A stretch of 64,000 nucleotides of DNA, from NCBI RefSeq assembly GCF_009914755.1, contig NC_060946.1; one strand, 5' to 3'. The DNA is from the human T2T-CHM13v2.0 reference genome, Homo sapiens. The notes beneath the pieces were generated by a model. That model saw only the letters and a program-made list of their open reading frames with translations, searched no databases and was not told the origin of the DNA. The translations under genes were made by a program, and so were the position numbers. Of the stretch, positions 40,896-63,419 are shown piece by piece; within the stretch, counting starts at the first letter, position 1, and every line of letters starts with the position of its first letter.

Positions 40896-41548
40896 TAGCA
40901 CCCTGACTTTCCACTGCAGCTCTTCATTGTACTCAGTAGTAGCAATAACCAACATTAGTATTTTACTTAGAACATTAAGCACTGTTCTAGGTGATTTATA
41001 TATATTTACTCATTTCATCCTACCAACTCCAGAGTTTATGGTCCTCACCCACTACCCCCTCTGTCTCTCAGTAAGCTGTCTACCTTCAATGTGTAGTTAA
41101 TCAAGTCACCAACGGACCAAAATCTGAAGTGAATTCCATCTTCCTAGTAGCAAGACACCAGGTGGTAATGGGTTTCCTCTGCCTCTCCTCTTTCCATCAC
41201 CCGCTCTGTTCCCTGGATACCAGCTAAAAACTACCCTGCTGTATTTCCTGCCCCCAGCGTGGCTTCCTGGGCTTGGCCACCCTCCAGCTCTGCTACCAGG
41301 TCTGCTTGGCTCAGGGGTTTGGAATGAAAGACACAAGACTGAGCTCCTCCGAGTGACTCACATCTATCTGGAGTGGTAATAGCCTGTTTTTGTGCCACTT
41401 AGCAATTCATCCTCCCCAAACCCATCCCTTCTTCATTTTCCTAAAAATGCCAGATGGTATATGTTTATTTTTAAATCGGTGTGAAGTTTGATACATTTAG
41501 CATTGAGAATGTATCAACAACACTTCCTGTCCCTTTACCCCACCCCAG

Positions 41549-41758
41549 GGATACTTAGAACTACCACCACGATATTGCAAAACCAGGGGGCCTGAGTTGC
41601 TGCTGGAGGGCATGGTGTTGCAGAAATCACTGCTGTCCTGCGAGCTGCAGGTAGATGCCCAATAGGAGTTTTCTGATGATGACATCTCACCTTGGGTGGA
41701 GATAGGGCTAAGACCAAACCCTGCCTATGGCTTTGTCCAGGCCGTAGAACGGGGACAG
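41549..41758 (+). other. Candidate plus-strand non-coding exon
   Basis: Strong acceptor 'cttcctgtccctttaccccaccccag|'; weak donors at 41650 and 41758. Confidence 0.25.
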
Positions 41759-42030
41759 GTCTGTGCTTGGCATCCCTTGCTGCTGTTTCTGTTAGACACA
41801 GCTAAGCCCAAGGGTAGGAAGAAGCAGAGGATGTGCCCACGGGAACCTCGTCCTCTTTTCTGTGGTTTCCACACAGCCAGGAGTCAGTCCCTTTCCTTCA
41901 TTCTAACCAGCAGAGTCACTGGCACCAAAGACATTGTCTCAGTGGCATAAATCCCTATACCAGTGAGGGTTCTTTACTGTAGGAGGCCCCTTGGGGCTGA
42001 AGAATTGGGAGAGGCTCCTTGGCTTGAAGC

Positions 42031-42072
42031 CGAGTAAGTAACTGAGTAAGTGAGTAAGAAAGTGAGTAAGTC
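42031..42072 (+). repeat. (GAGTAAGT)-like simple repeat, a cluster of 5' splice-site motifs
   Basis: cgagtaagtaactgagtaagtgagtaagaaagtgagtaagtc. Confidence 0.8.
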
Positions 42073-42289
42073 ATTACTCTCCTCCACCTGGACATAATGA
42101 GCCCGCATGCCTGGAAACAGCCAGCGCTCCTCCCTGGACTTAGCCCAATCTGCCGAGACAAAAGCCAGATGGAGGCCACACTTAGATCACACAGAGAGCA
42201 TTCAGATCATTCACTTCTGATCTGGCCCTGGTACAGGATGGCAGGAAGAGTAAGGATAAGTGAACACCAGAGGTATTTCAAAAATGTCT

Positions 42290-42530
42290 TTAGACCTAGA
42301 AGAAGAAGGCCTGCATTTCATTTCCAGCAGTATCATTTATTAATTGCATGACGTTGAGCAAATTAATAGACTTCTCTAAAGCACATATTTCCTTATCTGT
42401 CAAATGGGAATAGTAATATCCGTTTTCCCCCATTTTATGGGGGCATGTGTGAGGATTACATGGCAATGCATATGACAACACTCTGTAAACTCTTGATCAT
42501 ACTATGAGAATGTAAAGGATTATTAGAAAT
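42290..42530 (+). mobile_element. MIR
   Basis: 'tgacgttgagcaaattaatagacttctctaaagcacatatttccttatctgtcaaatgggaatagtaat'. Confidence 0.75.
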
Positions 42531-44587
42531 TTCTATTTATTTTAGTAAAAAAAAAAGAATAGTTTCATCAGTTTGTTCCTCTACTCAATTTTTGACCAGA
42601 ACAGTTTGTAAATAGTAAGACGGAGAGCTTTGATTTTTTTTTTCTCACCTTCCATCTCACGTTCTGTCCCAGGCAGGCAGGGGGCTGTGGTTGGGAGGTG
42701 CAGTGCAAATTTGCAGGTAATGTGTGTGAGGTATGGAAGAGGCAAGCACCTGCACGCTCATCACAATCAAGGAACAGAACCAGACAGAATTTAAGGCTGG
42801 CTGAAGGAGACCAATGTGGTCACCATAGTGGATGGCCCCAGGCAGAGCTGACCAGCAGGCAATCGAGTCAGCTTGAAGCAAAAGGTGATCTCAAGCAAAG
42901 CTGGAGGCCGAGACAGATCTAACAGATGCCAAGGATGCTAGGCTTTGACAGGGTCCCCCTAGAGACTGGGCTTCCTATCCTGGGCTGCTCAGAAATTTCT
43001 AGTGACCCCCAATCTAGCCTTGGACTGGCTGGAGGAACTGAAAGTTTCCAGGAGGGAGGATTCCTGCTTGTCCACCCCACAGCCTTCAGTATCACTGTCC
43101 ACATGGAAAGCTATGTCCCGTGGCAGACTTGGGAATCGCTCCAGTCTCCACATCCCCCAAGGACTTTCTGATTCAGATTCCCAAGCAGACAATTTTGGCT
43201 TACAGAGGGAAAGACTACATTTGGGTATCAGAAACTTCATACTTGGTGAATGCTGTCTGCTTACTGAGTCTGGGACAAGAATTCCAGCAGTGAGCATGCT
43301 GCTGTTACCCAAGCCAACCTCTAGAGAGATGTTTCAGGGAAAAAAACAAAACAAAACAGGGAGCTCAAAAGAGAACAGTGCAGACAGTTCAAATCATTCC
43401 CAAACTGGCCAGTCAATCCTTGTAGTTCAGCATAATGGGTAGCTAAGGTCAGAGCTTAGGGTCTTGGGTCCTAGATTAATATTCACCCACTCCTAGAGGT
43501 AATTTTGTAGGCCAAGAAAAGCAAAAACCAAACCAAACCAGCAAAAATGGGCCCCTGAAATGATTTTCCAGAGTGGATTATCAAGAAGGCTTAGTGCTTG
43601 GAGTAAAGAACTCAATAAATAAAGACTTCCAGTCATCCTGAGATACCCAAATAAGAACACAAACTCTTAATTGGTTACTATTTGGTTTAAGGCAGGGGTT
43701 GCACATTGACCATGTGCTGTGTGCGGTTAGTAACGGTGTTTTGTTTGATCATCTCATTATGTCTGTGCCATGTTTGAAGGGCAATGTCACAGAAACTGGG
43801 GGTGACGGGTTAGAACACTCTGGACACTTAAAAGGCCTTAAAAGAAGGCTGGAGAGGGGCCTCTGGTCAGGCACACCAGAGTATCTGATGAGAACACCAA
43901 GTCTGTAATCTCATGCCCACAGAAAGCTAACCCTAAATGCCAGTACCAGATGGCCAACCTAAGAGAGGGTTCTGCGCAGGGAGAGCACACTCAGTTGGGT
44001 GGTCAGGGAAGGCTTCTTGTAGGTAGTGTTTGGAAGTGGCGGGAGGCGGGTGGAGGGGGGGTAGTGGGGGGCGTTGTTGGGGCGGGTGGTGGAACACCTG
44101 GTGGAGAGGCACATTCCAGGGTAGAAGACGACGGAGCAGGCAAAGCCCTGGGGGGGGCAGGAAATCTCCAGCTATATTCAGGAAACCATGAGCAGGCTAA
44201 TTTGGCTGAAGCAGAGAATTTGAGTTAGACAGAATGGAAGTGGGCAAAGAATGTGTGGAGTGAAGAAGAGCAGGAATCATGTCTCAAATCTACTGAGTCA
44301 AATATCTACTGATGGAAAGGAGAAGCTTGTGGGGTGAGAGTGAAGGGTGCCCCCGTGGCGGGGCTCCCCTGGTAGCCCTTTCTCCTGCAGACCTATCTGT
44401 GGGGTGCTCCCAGCCTGGCTCCCTCTTCGGGAGGCAGACACCTGCTCAGCCTTGCTAATCAGGCAGCAGTTAATGGGGTTCACTTCCTGCATCAGCAGGT
44501 GAGGGCCTTGGGGAAGGCTGAAGAATGGCAAGGTTACAGCTGGCGTCCTCAGGCAGTTGGAGGCCCGCAGCAGGAGAGCATGTTCAC

Positions 44588-45049
<462 letters not shown>

Positions 45050-46438
45050 TCAATCACAACATACACATCCATGGGTACATTTCCTGAGCAAGCAGATCTC
45101 TGCTATACATATACATATGTAAAAGCATATAGATGTACAGGCTTTCCTGTATATGTGTATACACATATGTTTGCTGGGTTGTTTTTCAGAATATTGAAAG
45201 TCAGAAGCATGCTATCACATAACTCTGCATTTCATCGGGCCGAGAAAGCACAGGTTTTCAGGACCACAGTTCCCATTTCTCCTGTTCTGCAGTCCTCGTC
45301 TGATTGGCCAACACTATGGGCACTCCCTGCTCTGGTGGCCACTGGCAGTGGGCCAGGGTGAGGGCAGCTCACAGCCCGTCTCCTCTCTGTTACCTTGGGA
45401 CGTCACTCAGCAGTTGCATCACCGGCTGCTCTCTCCCTCTGAAACATGAAGCCCTTCCTTTCTTATTCCACCTTAGGGAAGCCTGGGCCTGCGACAGACC
45501 AGAAGACCTCACATTCCACAGAGAAGACCTCGGTTTCCCCCCAAGCTCTGTCCAGTATGGAGTGACAAATCGCTGTACTTATGAGACAAAGGCATGAAGT
45601 CCAGGTCAAGGCATGACTTTTCGGCAGCAACTTTTCTAGATGTGAGGTATCAGTAAACATTTATGGTGCTTCTGTTATGGATACAATACAAGGATGTAAA
45701 AGAAAATAAGTATGAGGCTCATCCTCCTGGGAACTCACATTTTCACTGGGGCTACAAGACCCCCGGAGCAAATGCCAGGCACAAGATCGGGGATAAAAGC
45801 CTAACTTTGAGAAGCTTGCTTTGGCTAAAACCGAAATCAATTATGAAGCAAAGGAAGTGGATTAGAGGGAGATCTTATGAAATCCCATCAGATTTGGATC
45901 ATGCTACTGAGTTTTTTTCTTCCTGGCTGTATTTTAGGTTTTCTCTCCCACTGAAACTGATTAATCGTTGTCAAAATTCCTCCCTTGTACCCTTCTCTCT
46001 ATGGGAGGGCTGTCCCTTGGCTGGCCTGGGATGCAGGAATAGCTTTTGTGCACCCTTTGGTGTCCACTTCTGTGTGTCTCTCTTGGTGGCACTGCTTCCC
46101 TATCTCTGCTTGCTCTGACCACCTTCAGGCTCCTAGGACCCTACCCTCTCAAATTTCCTCCTCCCCTGCGTCCCCCTTTCCCATTCAAAGCCCACAGCAC
46201 ATCTCAGTTAGTGCTATGGAAAAAACTAGCCTCAGAAACGAATATTCACTGACATGTCAAGGTCTAGTAGTTTGTAGAGCCATTTTATTGGAAGGGACTT
46301 CAGAAAGGAATTAGTTTACCTACTCATCAGGTGAGGAGACCCACAGAGGGGAAGTCACCTGCCTGACTCCCAGAGACAGAAACAGTGCTGGGACTAAAAC
46401 CCAAGAAGGGTCCTGACTCCCAAGTCCCAGGAACTTAA

Positions 46439-49777
<3,339 letters not shown>

Positions 49778-49997
49778 CTAACCTTTATCTACTTTCTCCT
49801 CTTGCCTCACTAACAGAACCCTGGCATTATCTGGGTGGCAATGTTCTCAGCCATAAAACTACATATCTCAGCCTCTTTTGCAAGTGAAGGTGGCCAATTA
49901 GATGTAAGAAGAAATATTTGGGTAGAACTTCCGGGGAAGCTGTTTAATGGGAGTTAGTTAAGCTGGCACTCTTTTATCCTAACCTCTTCTACTTTCT

Positions 49998-50307
<310 letters not shown>

Positions 50308-50323
50308 ACCTCTTCTACTTTCT

Positions 50324-51856
50324 TTATTTTATTTTATTTTATTTTATTTATTATTTTTATTGATCATTCTTGGGTGTTTCTCGCAGAGGGGGATTTGGCA
50401 GGGTCATAGGACAATAGTGGAGGGAAGGTCAGCAGATAAACAAGTGAACAAAGGTCTCTGGTTTTCCCAGGCAGAGGACCCTGCGGCCTTCCGCAGTGTT
50501 TGTGTCCCTCGGTACTTTGAGATTAGGGAGTGGTGATGACACTTAACGAGCATGCTGCCTTCAAGCATCTGTTTAACAAAGCACACCTTGCACCGCCCTT
50601 AATCCATTTAACCCTGAGTGGACACAGCACATGTTTCAGAGAGCACAGGGTTGGGGGTAAGGTCACAGATCAACAGGATCCCAAGGCAGAAGAATTTTTC
50701 TTAGTACAGAACAAAATGAAAAGTCTCCCATGTCTACTTCTTTCTACACAGACACGGCAACCATCCGATTTCTCAATCTTTTCCCCACCTTTCCCCCCTT
50801 TCTATTCCACAAAACCGCCATTGTCATCATGGCCCGTTCTCAATGAGCTCTTGGGTACACCTCCCAGACGTGGTGGTGGCCGGGCAGAGGGGCTCCTCAC
50901 TTCCCAGTAGGGGCGGCCGGGCAGAGGCGCCCCTCACCTCCCGGACGGGGCGGCTGGCCAGGCAGGGGGCTGACCGCCCCCCCCACCTCCCTCCCGGACG
51001 GGGCGGCTGGCCGGGCGGGGGGCTGAGCCCCCCACCTCCCTCCCGGATGGGGTGGCTGCCGGGCGGGGGGCTGAGCCCCCCACCTCCCTCCCGGACGGGG
51101 TGGCTGCCGGGCGGAGACGCTCCTCACTTCCCAGACGGGGTGGCTGCCGGGCAGAGGGGCTCCTCACTTCTCAGACGGGGCAGTTGCCGGGCGGAGGGTC
51201 TCCTCACTTCTCAGACGGGGCGGCCGGGCAGAGGCGCTCCTCACATCCCAGACAGGGCGGCGGGGCAGAGGCGCTCCCCACATTTCAGACGATGGGCAGC
51301 CGGGCAGAGACGCTCCTCACTTCCTAGATGGGATGGCGGCCGGGCAGAGATGCTCCTCACTTTCCAGACTGGGCAGCCAGGCAGAGGGGCTCCTCACATC
51401 CCAGACGGGGTGGCGGCCGGGCAGAGGCTGCACTCTAGGCACTTTGGGAGGCCAAGGCAGGCGGCTGGGAGGTGGAGGTTGTAGCGAGCCGAGATCACGC
51501 CATTGCACTCCAGCCTGGGTACCATTGAGCACTGAGTGAACCAGACTCCGTCTGCAATCCCGGCACCTCGGGAGGCCGAGGCTGGCGGATCACTCGCGGT
51601 TAGGAGCTGGAGACCAGCCCGGCCAACACAGCGAAACCCTGTCTCCACCAAAAAAATACGAAAACCAGTCAGGCGTGGCGGCGCTGAGGCAGGAGAATCA
51701 GGCAGGGAGGTTGCAGTGAGCCGAGATGGCAGCAGTACAGTCCAGCTTCGGCTCGGCATCAGAGGGAGACCGTGGAAAGAGAGGGAGAGGGAGACCATGG
51801 AAAGAGAGGGAGAGGGAGACCGTGGGGAGAGGGAGAGGGAGAGGGAGAGGGAGAGG
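50324..51856 (-). mobile_element. Full-length SVA retrotransposon
   Basis: Tail about 50324-50360, SINE-R about 50360-50855, GC-rich VNTR about 50856-51430, Alu-like domain about 51430-51770, (GGGAGA)n hexamer to 51856; 16-bp TSD. Confidence 0.98.
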
Positions 51857-52189
51857 ACCTCTTCCACTTTCTATTACTGGGAACACCATGTGATGACTAG
51901 GGTTCCAGCACCGATTATGTGACTGTGAGGCGATCTTAAAGATGGAAGCCATGCAGTAAGTATGGCAGAGGAGAAAGGCAGAAGAAGCTTCAGCCCCGAT
52001 GACCACAGGGTTACTGTATCAGTTCCATCTGCTTATCTCCAGACTTCTTTTATGTAAAATAAAAATTATTCTCTACCTTGTTTAAGCCATTGTTATTTAA
52101 GGGTTCCGTTTCTAGTAAACCACACTTCTTCCTAAAAGATTCGTATCTTTTCCCAAAGATATCCAAGGATTGAAAAGTAACACCTAGAG

Positions 52190-52517
52190 CACGGGTCAGT
52201 AAACGTTTCTGGTAACAGACGAGACAGCACGTTTTCAGTTTTTCAAGCCACATAGTGTCTGTCGCAATGACTTGACCTTTTGTTGCAGTGTGTGAGGAGC
52301 CACAGAGAATGTCACTAAATATGCATGGCTGTGCTCCAATAAAACTATTTATAAGCACTGTAGTTTGGATTCCATGTAATTTTCATGTATCATGAAATCT
52401 TATTCTGCTTTAGATTTTTTGACTCATCTAAAAAATATCAAAACCATTCTTAACTTGCATTGCAGGTCACACAAAAACAGGATTTGGCCCCAGGCTGCAG
52501 TTTGCCAACCCCTACTC
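52190..52517. mobile_element. MER58-family (MER58B-like) hAT transposon
   Basis: 'cacgggtcagtaaac...catggctgtgctccaataaaactattta...ggatttggccc...gcagtttgccaacccct'. Confidence 0.8.
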
Positions 52518-52644
52518 TACAGGATGCAATTCCTACAAACAAACCAAGGTATAAGCAATGTAGGCTTTTATATTATATTTGTTGGTTATCTTTATGTTTC
52601 AAAACTTCTTAGATGTAGCAGAACTGGGCCTATAAAATAATAAT

Positions 52645-53260
52645 ACATGCCTGTAATCCCAGCACTTTGGGAGGCCGAGGCAGGCAGATCACCTGAGGTC
52701 AGGAGTTTGAGACCAGCCTGACCAACATGGAGAAACCCCGTCTCTACTAAAAATACAAAAATATAGCTGGGCATGGTGGTGCACAGCTGTAATCCCAGCT
52801 ACTTGGGAGGCTGAGGCAGGAGAACCGCTTGAACCTGGAGGCGGAGGTTGCAGTGAGCCAAGATGGTGCCATTGCACTCCAGCCTGGGCGAGACAGTGAG
52901 ACTTCGTCTCGGAAAAAAAAAAAAGATACTAGCTTGGGAACAATATATCAAAAATTTCACATGTAGGCCAGGCATGTTGACTCATGCATGTAATCCCAGC
53001 ACTTTGGGAGGCTGAGGCAGGCAGCTCACTTGAGCCCAGGAGTTTGAGACCAGCCTGGGCAACATGGTGAAACCCCATCTCTACAAAACAATTTTAAAAA
53101 ATAAGCTGGTCATGATGGCACACAGCTGTACTCCCAGCTACTTGGGAGGCTGAGGCAGGAGGATAGCTTGAGCCCAGGAGATTGTGAGGCTGCAGTGAGC
53201 CGTGTTGGCACCCCAGCCTGGGCAATACAGCAAGACCCTGTTGCCAAAAAAAAAAAAAAA
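52645..53260 (+). mobile_element. Two Alus (5'-truncated 52645-52924; J-like 52966-53260)
   Basis: Alu consensus. Confidence 0.93.
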
Positions 53261-53840
53261 TTCTCATCTAAGTGAACACTGCCTTCCCATTGATGACCTT
53301 GAGAGGTTAGAGACCAATGGCAGTGACGGTGATCACATTATTATTTGAAGCCTTATTTGAATATTTAAGACTTAGTATGTTTGTTTAAAAAAATAATCAT
53401 GTTGCATCATAACCATACTTTGTAAGACCAGATTACCGGTGACCGCTCGTGATGTTAAGCTAGTGAAGACAATGCAAGGTGGCCTGAAGCAGCATGAGGC
53501 AGACCATGGTCCCGACCTGCATTGGCTGGTGCTGGCTGCAGCTGCTGATGGAGGCTACAAACAGTGATAGAAGCATGCAGAAGCTACACAGCACAGGCCA
53601 AGGTGCTGTGGGAGAGGCGGAGGAGGAACACTGACCACTGGCGGCCTGGGGACACGGGAGGGCTGGCTTCTGAAACTCCATGGTGTGAGAATTCTGATCG
53701 CAGTAGGTAACTTTTCTGATGGGAAAGGTGCAGCATTGGTGGAAAAACAGGAGATGGCACTCAAGAATTTATACTGGAGAGAGACCAAGGACAGAGATTC
53801 TAAAAGCTTAAAGAAGGATAAACACCCGTGGCATGGGCAT

Positions 53841-53842
<2 letters not shown>

Positions 53843-53877
<35 letters not shown>
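53843..53877. repeat. (GT)n microsatellite
   Basis: About 17 pure GT units. Confidence 0.97.
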
Positions 53878-53880
<3 letters not shown>

Positions 53881-55029
53881 TGCCAGAGCAAACTCTTATC
53901 CACCATGTTGTGCAAAAGTTATTAGGTTGATTAAGTTGTTGGCTTTTCTTTCCACGGGTTTGATAGAAAGTACGCACACACATCTTTTGTGTGGTATGAC
54001 AGTGTGTGTGTACTCAGGGGAGGGTGCACGGGAGGTCAGTGGAAGCTTGTGTGTGGAGGGCAGGGGAGGATTTGGGTGTGAAAAGCCCAGAAATAGGGTG
54101 AGAGGCAATGTGTTCCATAGCCAAGGGTGAGAGTCAGGCAGAGATTTGCTTTCTTGGGCTTTGAGTCATGCCGATACTCATCGCTTAGCCTCATATATGG
54201 TAAGAATGGAGCGGGTGCTCTCTGTCTCAGTCTCTCCCTCACTCTCTCTTTTTCCCCCAGCAGCTGTGCAAAGCTTAAACCATGTGACCCTGAAAGCACA
54301 ACACTGAAAGCCTCTGGCTGTGCCAAGAGGAGAGTGTAGGGAGACAAAGGCCAAGGCCAGGGCCAGGGCCAGCTGCCAGGAACTCCCATCCCCAGCAGGG
54401 ATACAGAGAAATAACAGCAAGACGCCATTCGCCGACGCTCTCCTCATCAGGCCAACTCTCTAACTTGGAGATGAGGCCCTCCCGACTTTCTTTCCCGGCT
54501 CCCACCCTCCTGTCCACCCACCTCCTCAGAGTGAAACCCCAGGGCCCAGGAGCCAAATGCTGTCCTCTCTCTCTCTGGAGGGCCTGGGGGGCACCTGTAC
54601 AGGCCAGATGGAGTCCTGAAGAGCTCAGGGTTTTGGAGTATAGGAGAGGGAGGAGACCCTCTGGAGGGTGGAGTCTGGAAGTTCAATAAGGTCTGTAGGA
54701 TTTGAATAGCAGGATCAGCTCGGTATAACTGAGACACAGTCTTTGCACAAGGCTAAGACATCTCTTCCAGTCACATTCCAGTTTATGCAATGCACCTGCT
54801 GTTGGCTGATGGCCTCTGCTAGGAGGCCTTCAGGAGGAAGTAGAACCAATTTGGTGCCCTCATCCTTCCTCTCTCTTTCTTTACTTCTCCAGGCCCACCG
54901 CAACCTCATCAATCCTTACCTGAAGTCTTAGTTCTACCACAGGCCCGAGACCTAGATATTCTGGTTGGACTTCTTACCAGATCCACAAGGCGCTGCATAT
55001 ATCCTCTTAAAATAGCCATTTGTACTTCC

Positions 55030-56869
<1,840 letters not shown>

Positions 56870-57292
56870 GCACGCCCTACTACTGACTGGGTCTTTCTGA
56901 AGATGAATACAGAACCCCACCATTGAAAACGGCGCTGACTGCAGTTTGGCTTCAAGATAGGAACTTGAACGAATTGAACTTCAGGTGTATCTAGATAGCA
57001 TTTGGGAGGGCATCCAGTTGGGTCAAAACCAGATCATCATTCATAGAAGGAAAAAGAAGCAGACAGGTCAACCCAAAGGGCCACATGACTGAGTTAAAAC
57101 AGAGAACTTTCTTCAGAAGTTTAGTTATTATGCAGATCTCGCCACACACAACGATGATGCTTAGAAGAACCTAGGGCCCCTCGGCGGGGAACAACATGTC
57201 TTTATTAGCCTTGACAATACTTTCCAACAAACTACATTGACTTTTTAAATAACGATTTTATTTCTTAGAGACAGGGTTTTCTTGCTACTGTT

Positions 57293-57709
<417 letters not shown>

Positions 57710-57869
57710 TCACGTTTTGTTAGGCAGAAGGTGCGGGTGTTATGAAACATAAGTAAGCTAATGAGAATAAACAAGAATCTTTTTCTCTAGGGCCTGAGAA
57801 TATTTAAGGAACATAGCTCTAAAGTCCCCCCCTCATCTGCCAGTGCATTTAAGATTCCAGAAAGCAGAA

Positions 57870-58170
57870 GACCGATTCCGGACCACACAGGAAGCCCGAC
57901 GCCCGACGAGAACGGGCACGGAGGCGCTGCCTGCGCGCAGCTGGTTTACATTCCCTTGCTGCCGCAGAATCACGCGGTGCCTCGAGCAACTCCTTTGACC
58001 CTCTTAGAACCCATTCCTTTTCCAAGGGGATTAGTTCCTTCCGTGCAAAGGCAGACAGAAACGCGTTCTGCCCCTGTCCATTTAGGGAGCTCGGCAAACA
58101 CCACGTGCCGCTCGCTGCTGTGACGAGCGCCTTCCACCCAGTTATCTCTCCGCCCTCCGCGTTTTATCTG
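57870..58170. promoter_or_regulatory. Small CpG-rich patch (possible enhancer or weak promoter)
   Basis: Retained CpGs, palindrome ctgcgcgcag (57931-57940) and E-box CACGTG (58102-58107). Confidence 0.5.
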
Positions 58171-58395
58171 CCTCACAGTGCCTTTAACGGATTTCCTTTC
58201 CTGTTCCCCTCCTATTCCAAGTGCTTCAGGTGTTCAAGTAATCATAGCGATTTTAAAAGCCTCTCCTGTTTCTTGCCTGGGAAGTCAGATGGACCCACAG
58301 GAAGAATTCACCTCAAGGCTCAGGTGAAGACTGCGAGAAAGGTGGCACCTAGAGCAGAGAAGGATGGCAAATTGTGATTTTGACACGTGGCCTGA

Positions 58396-59494
<1,099 letters not shown>

Positions 59495-60445
59495 TAGAGA
59501 AGTTTTCCAAATGTTCATTGTTATCCTGAGTGGGCTGAGGGTAGCTGAGAGGGCAGTTAAGGGGTTGAGATGGGGGAGAATGGACTAGAAGAACCCTGTG
59601 CCCTAGAGAATCTAGAGAAGTGTCTGCACAATGGCAGGGAGCCATGGCTCCAGGGAAAGGCAGGCCGAGGACAGGACTTGAGTTGCCTTTTAGGGAAGCA
59701 GCCTTACCAGCAATTCCAGTTTGAAAAATTACTTTGCCAGCACAGATCAAGACTTGGCTCCTTCTGTCTGGAACAGTATGAGGACGACGTCTTTGGGGTT
59801 CTACCCTGCGTCTCCCCAGTCACTCCCTAGCCCATCATTTAAGGGAGGCAGTGGAGATTCTAGGACCCGTTTGCTGGGGTAGGTCCCAGAGGCCTCAGAG
59901 GAAGCCTGGCCTCACAGTTGGATAAGGCTGGTAAATATTAGCAACAAAACGGATTACTATGCTGTGCAAGGAACAGGAAGTCTATGCACCCGATTTTTAG
60001 GGGAGAGAGAGGTCAGGCTGGGTTTTGGTGCAAACTTTCTGGTTATCTTTCTGCCAGAATCTTCCCCAATGAGCTCTTCCCCACATGCACCGCGTGTGGC
60101 AATCCTGGGCAGAGGTAAAGCGATAAAGATGGTGGGAAACCTGCTGCTGCTTCAGGGAATCAGGCCCCCAGAGAAACAAACCGACAGGAGGCTTCTGTGC
60201 TAAAGCAGGTGAGGCTGCCCTGCTTGAGCACTGGGGTGGTCCTGGGCAGGAGTCATGGTGGAGATGGACAGGACACCCTGGGGACTGTAGGCTGCCTTGT
60301 TTCAGCAGCAGAAGGGTCTCTGTCCCTCTCTGAGGCCAAGTTTCTATGGGGACTCTTGGAACCATCTCTTCTCTGCTTACGTGGCTTCTCCCTTTTCTCT
60401 CCCAAAGTTTTAACCCCCAATCCTCTCTCTTGTTATTTGTAATTA

Positions 60446-63344
<2,899 letters not shown>

Positions 63345-63419
63345 ATGTGGCTGATAAGGTAGACTTGGGTGGGGTAGGGGCAGCCCAACAACCCGTTCAA
63401 AGAGCTTGAGGCACGTTCC

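Noticed and set aside
50530-52006. ORFs and ~40-bp tandem repeats resembling an array
   Set aside because: SVA VNTR and SINE-R sequence; neither CRISPR nor coding.
56981-57040. Minus-strand box C (ATGATGA) and box D (CTGA), snoRNA-like
   Set aside because: Only 60 nt, with no convincing terminal stem or rRNA-complementary guide; compatible with chance. A snoRNA covariance-model search would settle it.
57177-57238. CCCC-n5-GGGG hairpin resembling a type I-E CRISPR repeat, and a sigma70-like TTGACA-16-TACATT motif
   Set aside because: Single copies with no array and no downstream ORF, in a primate context. Noted only as part of the anomalous segment.
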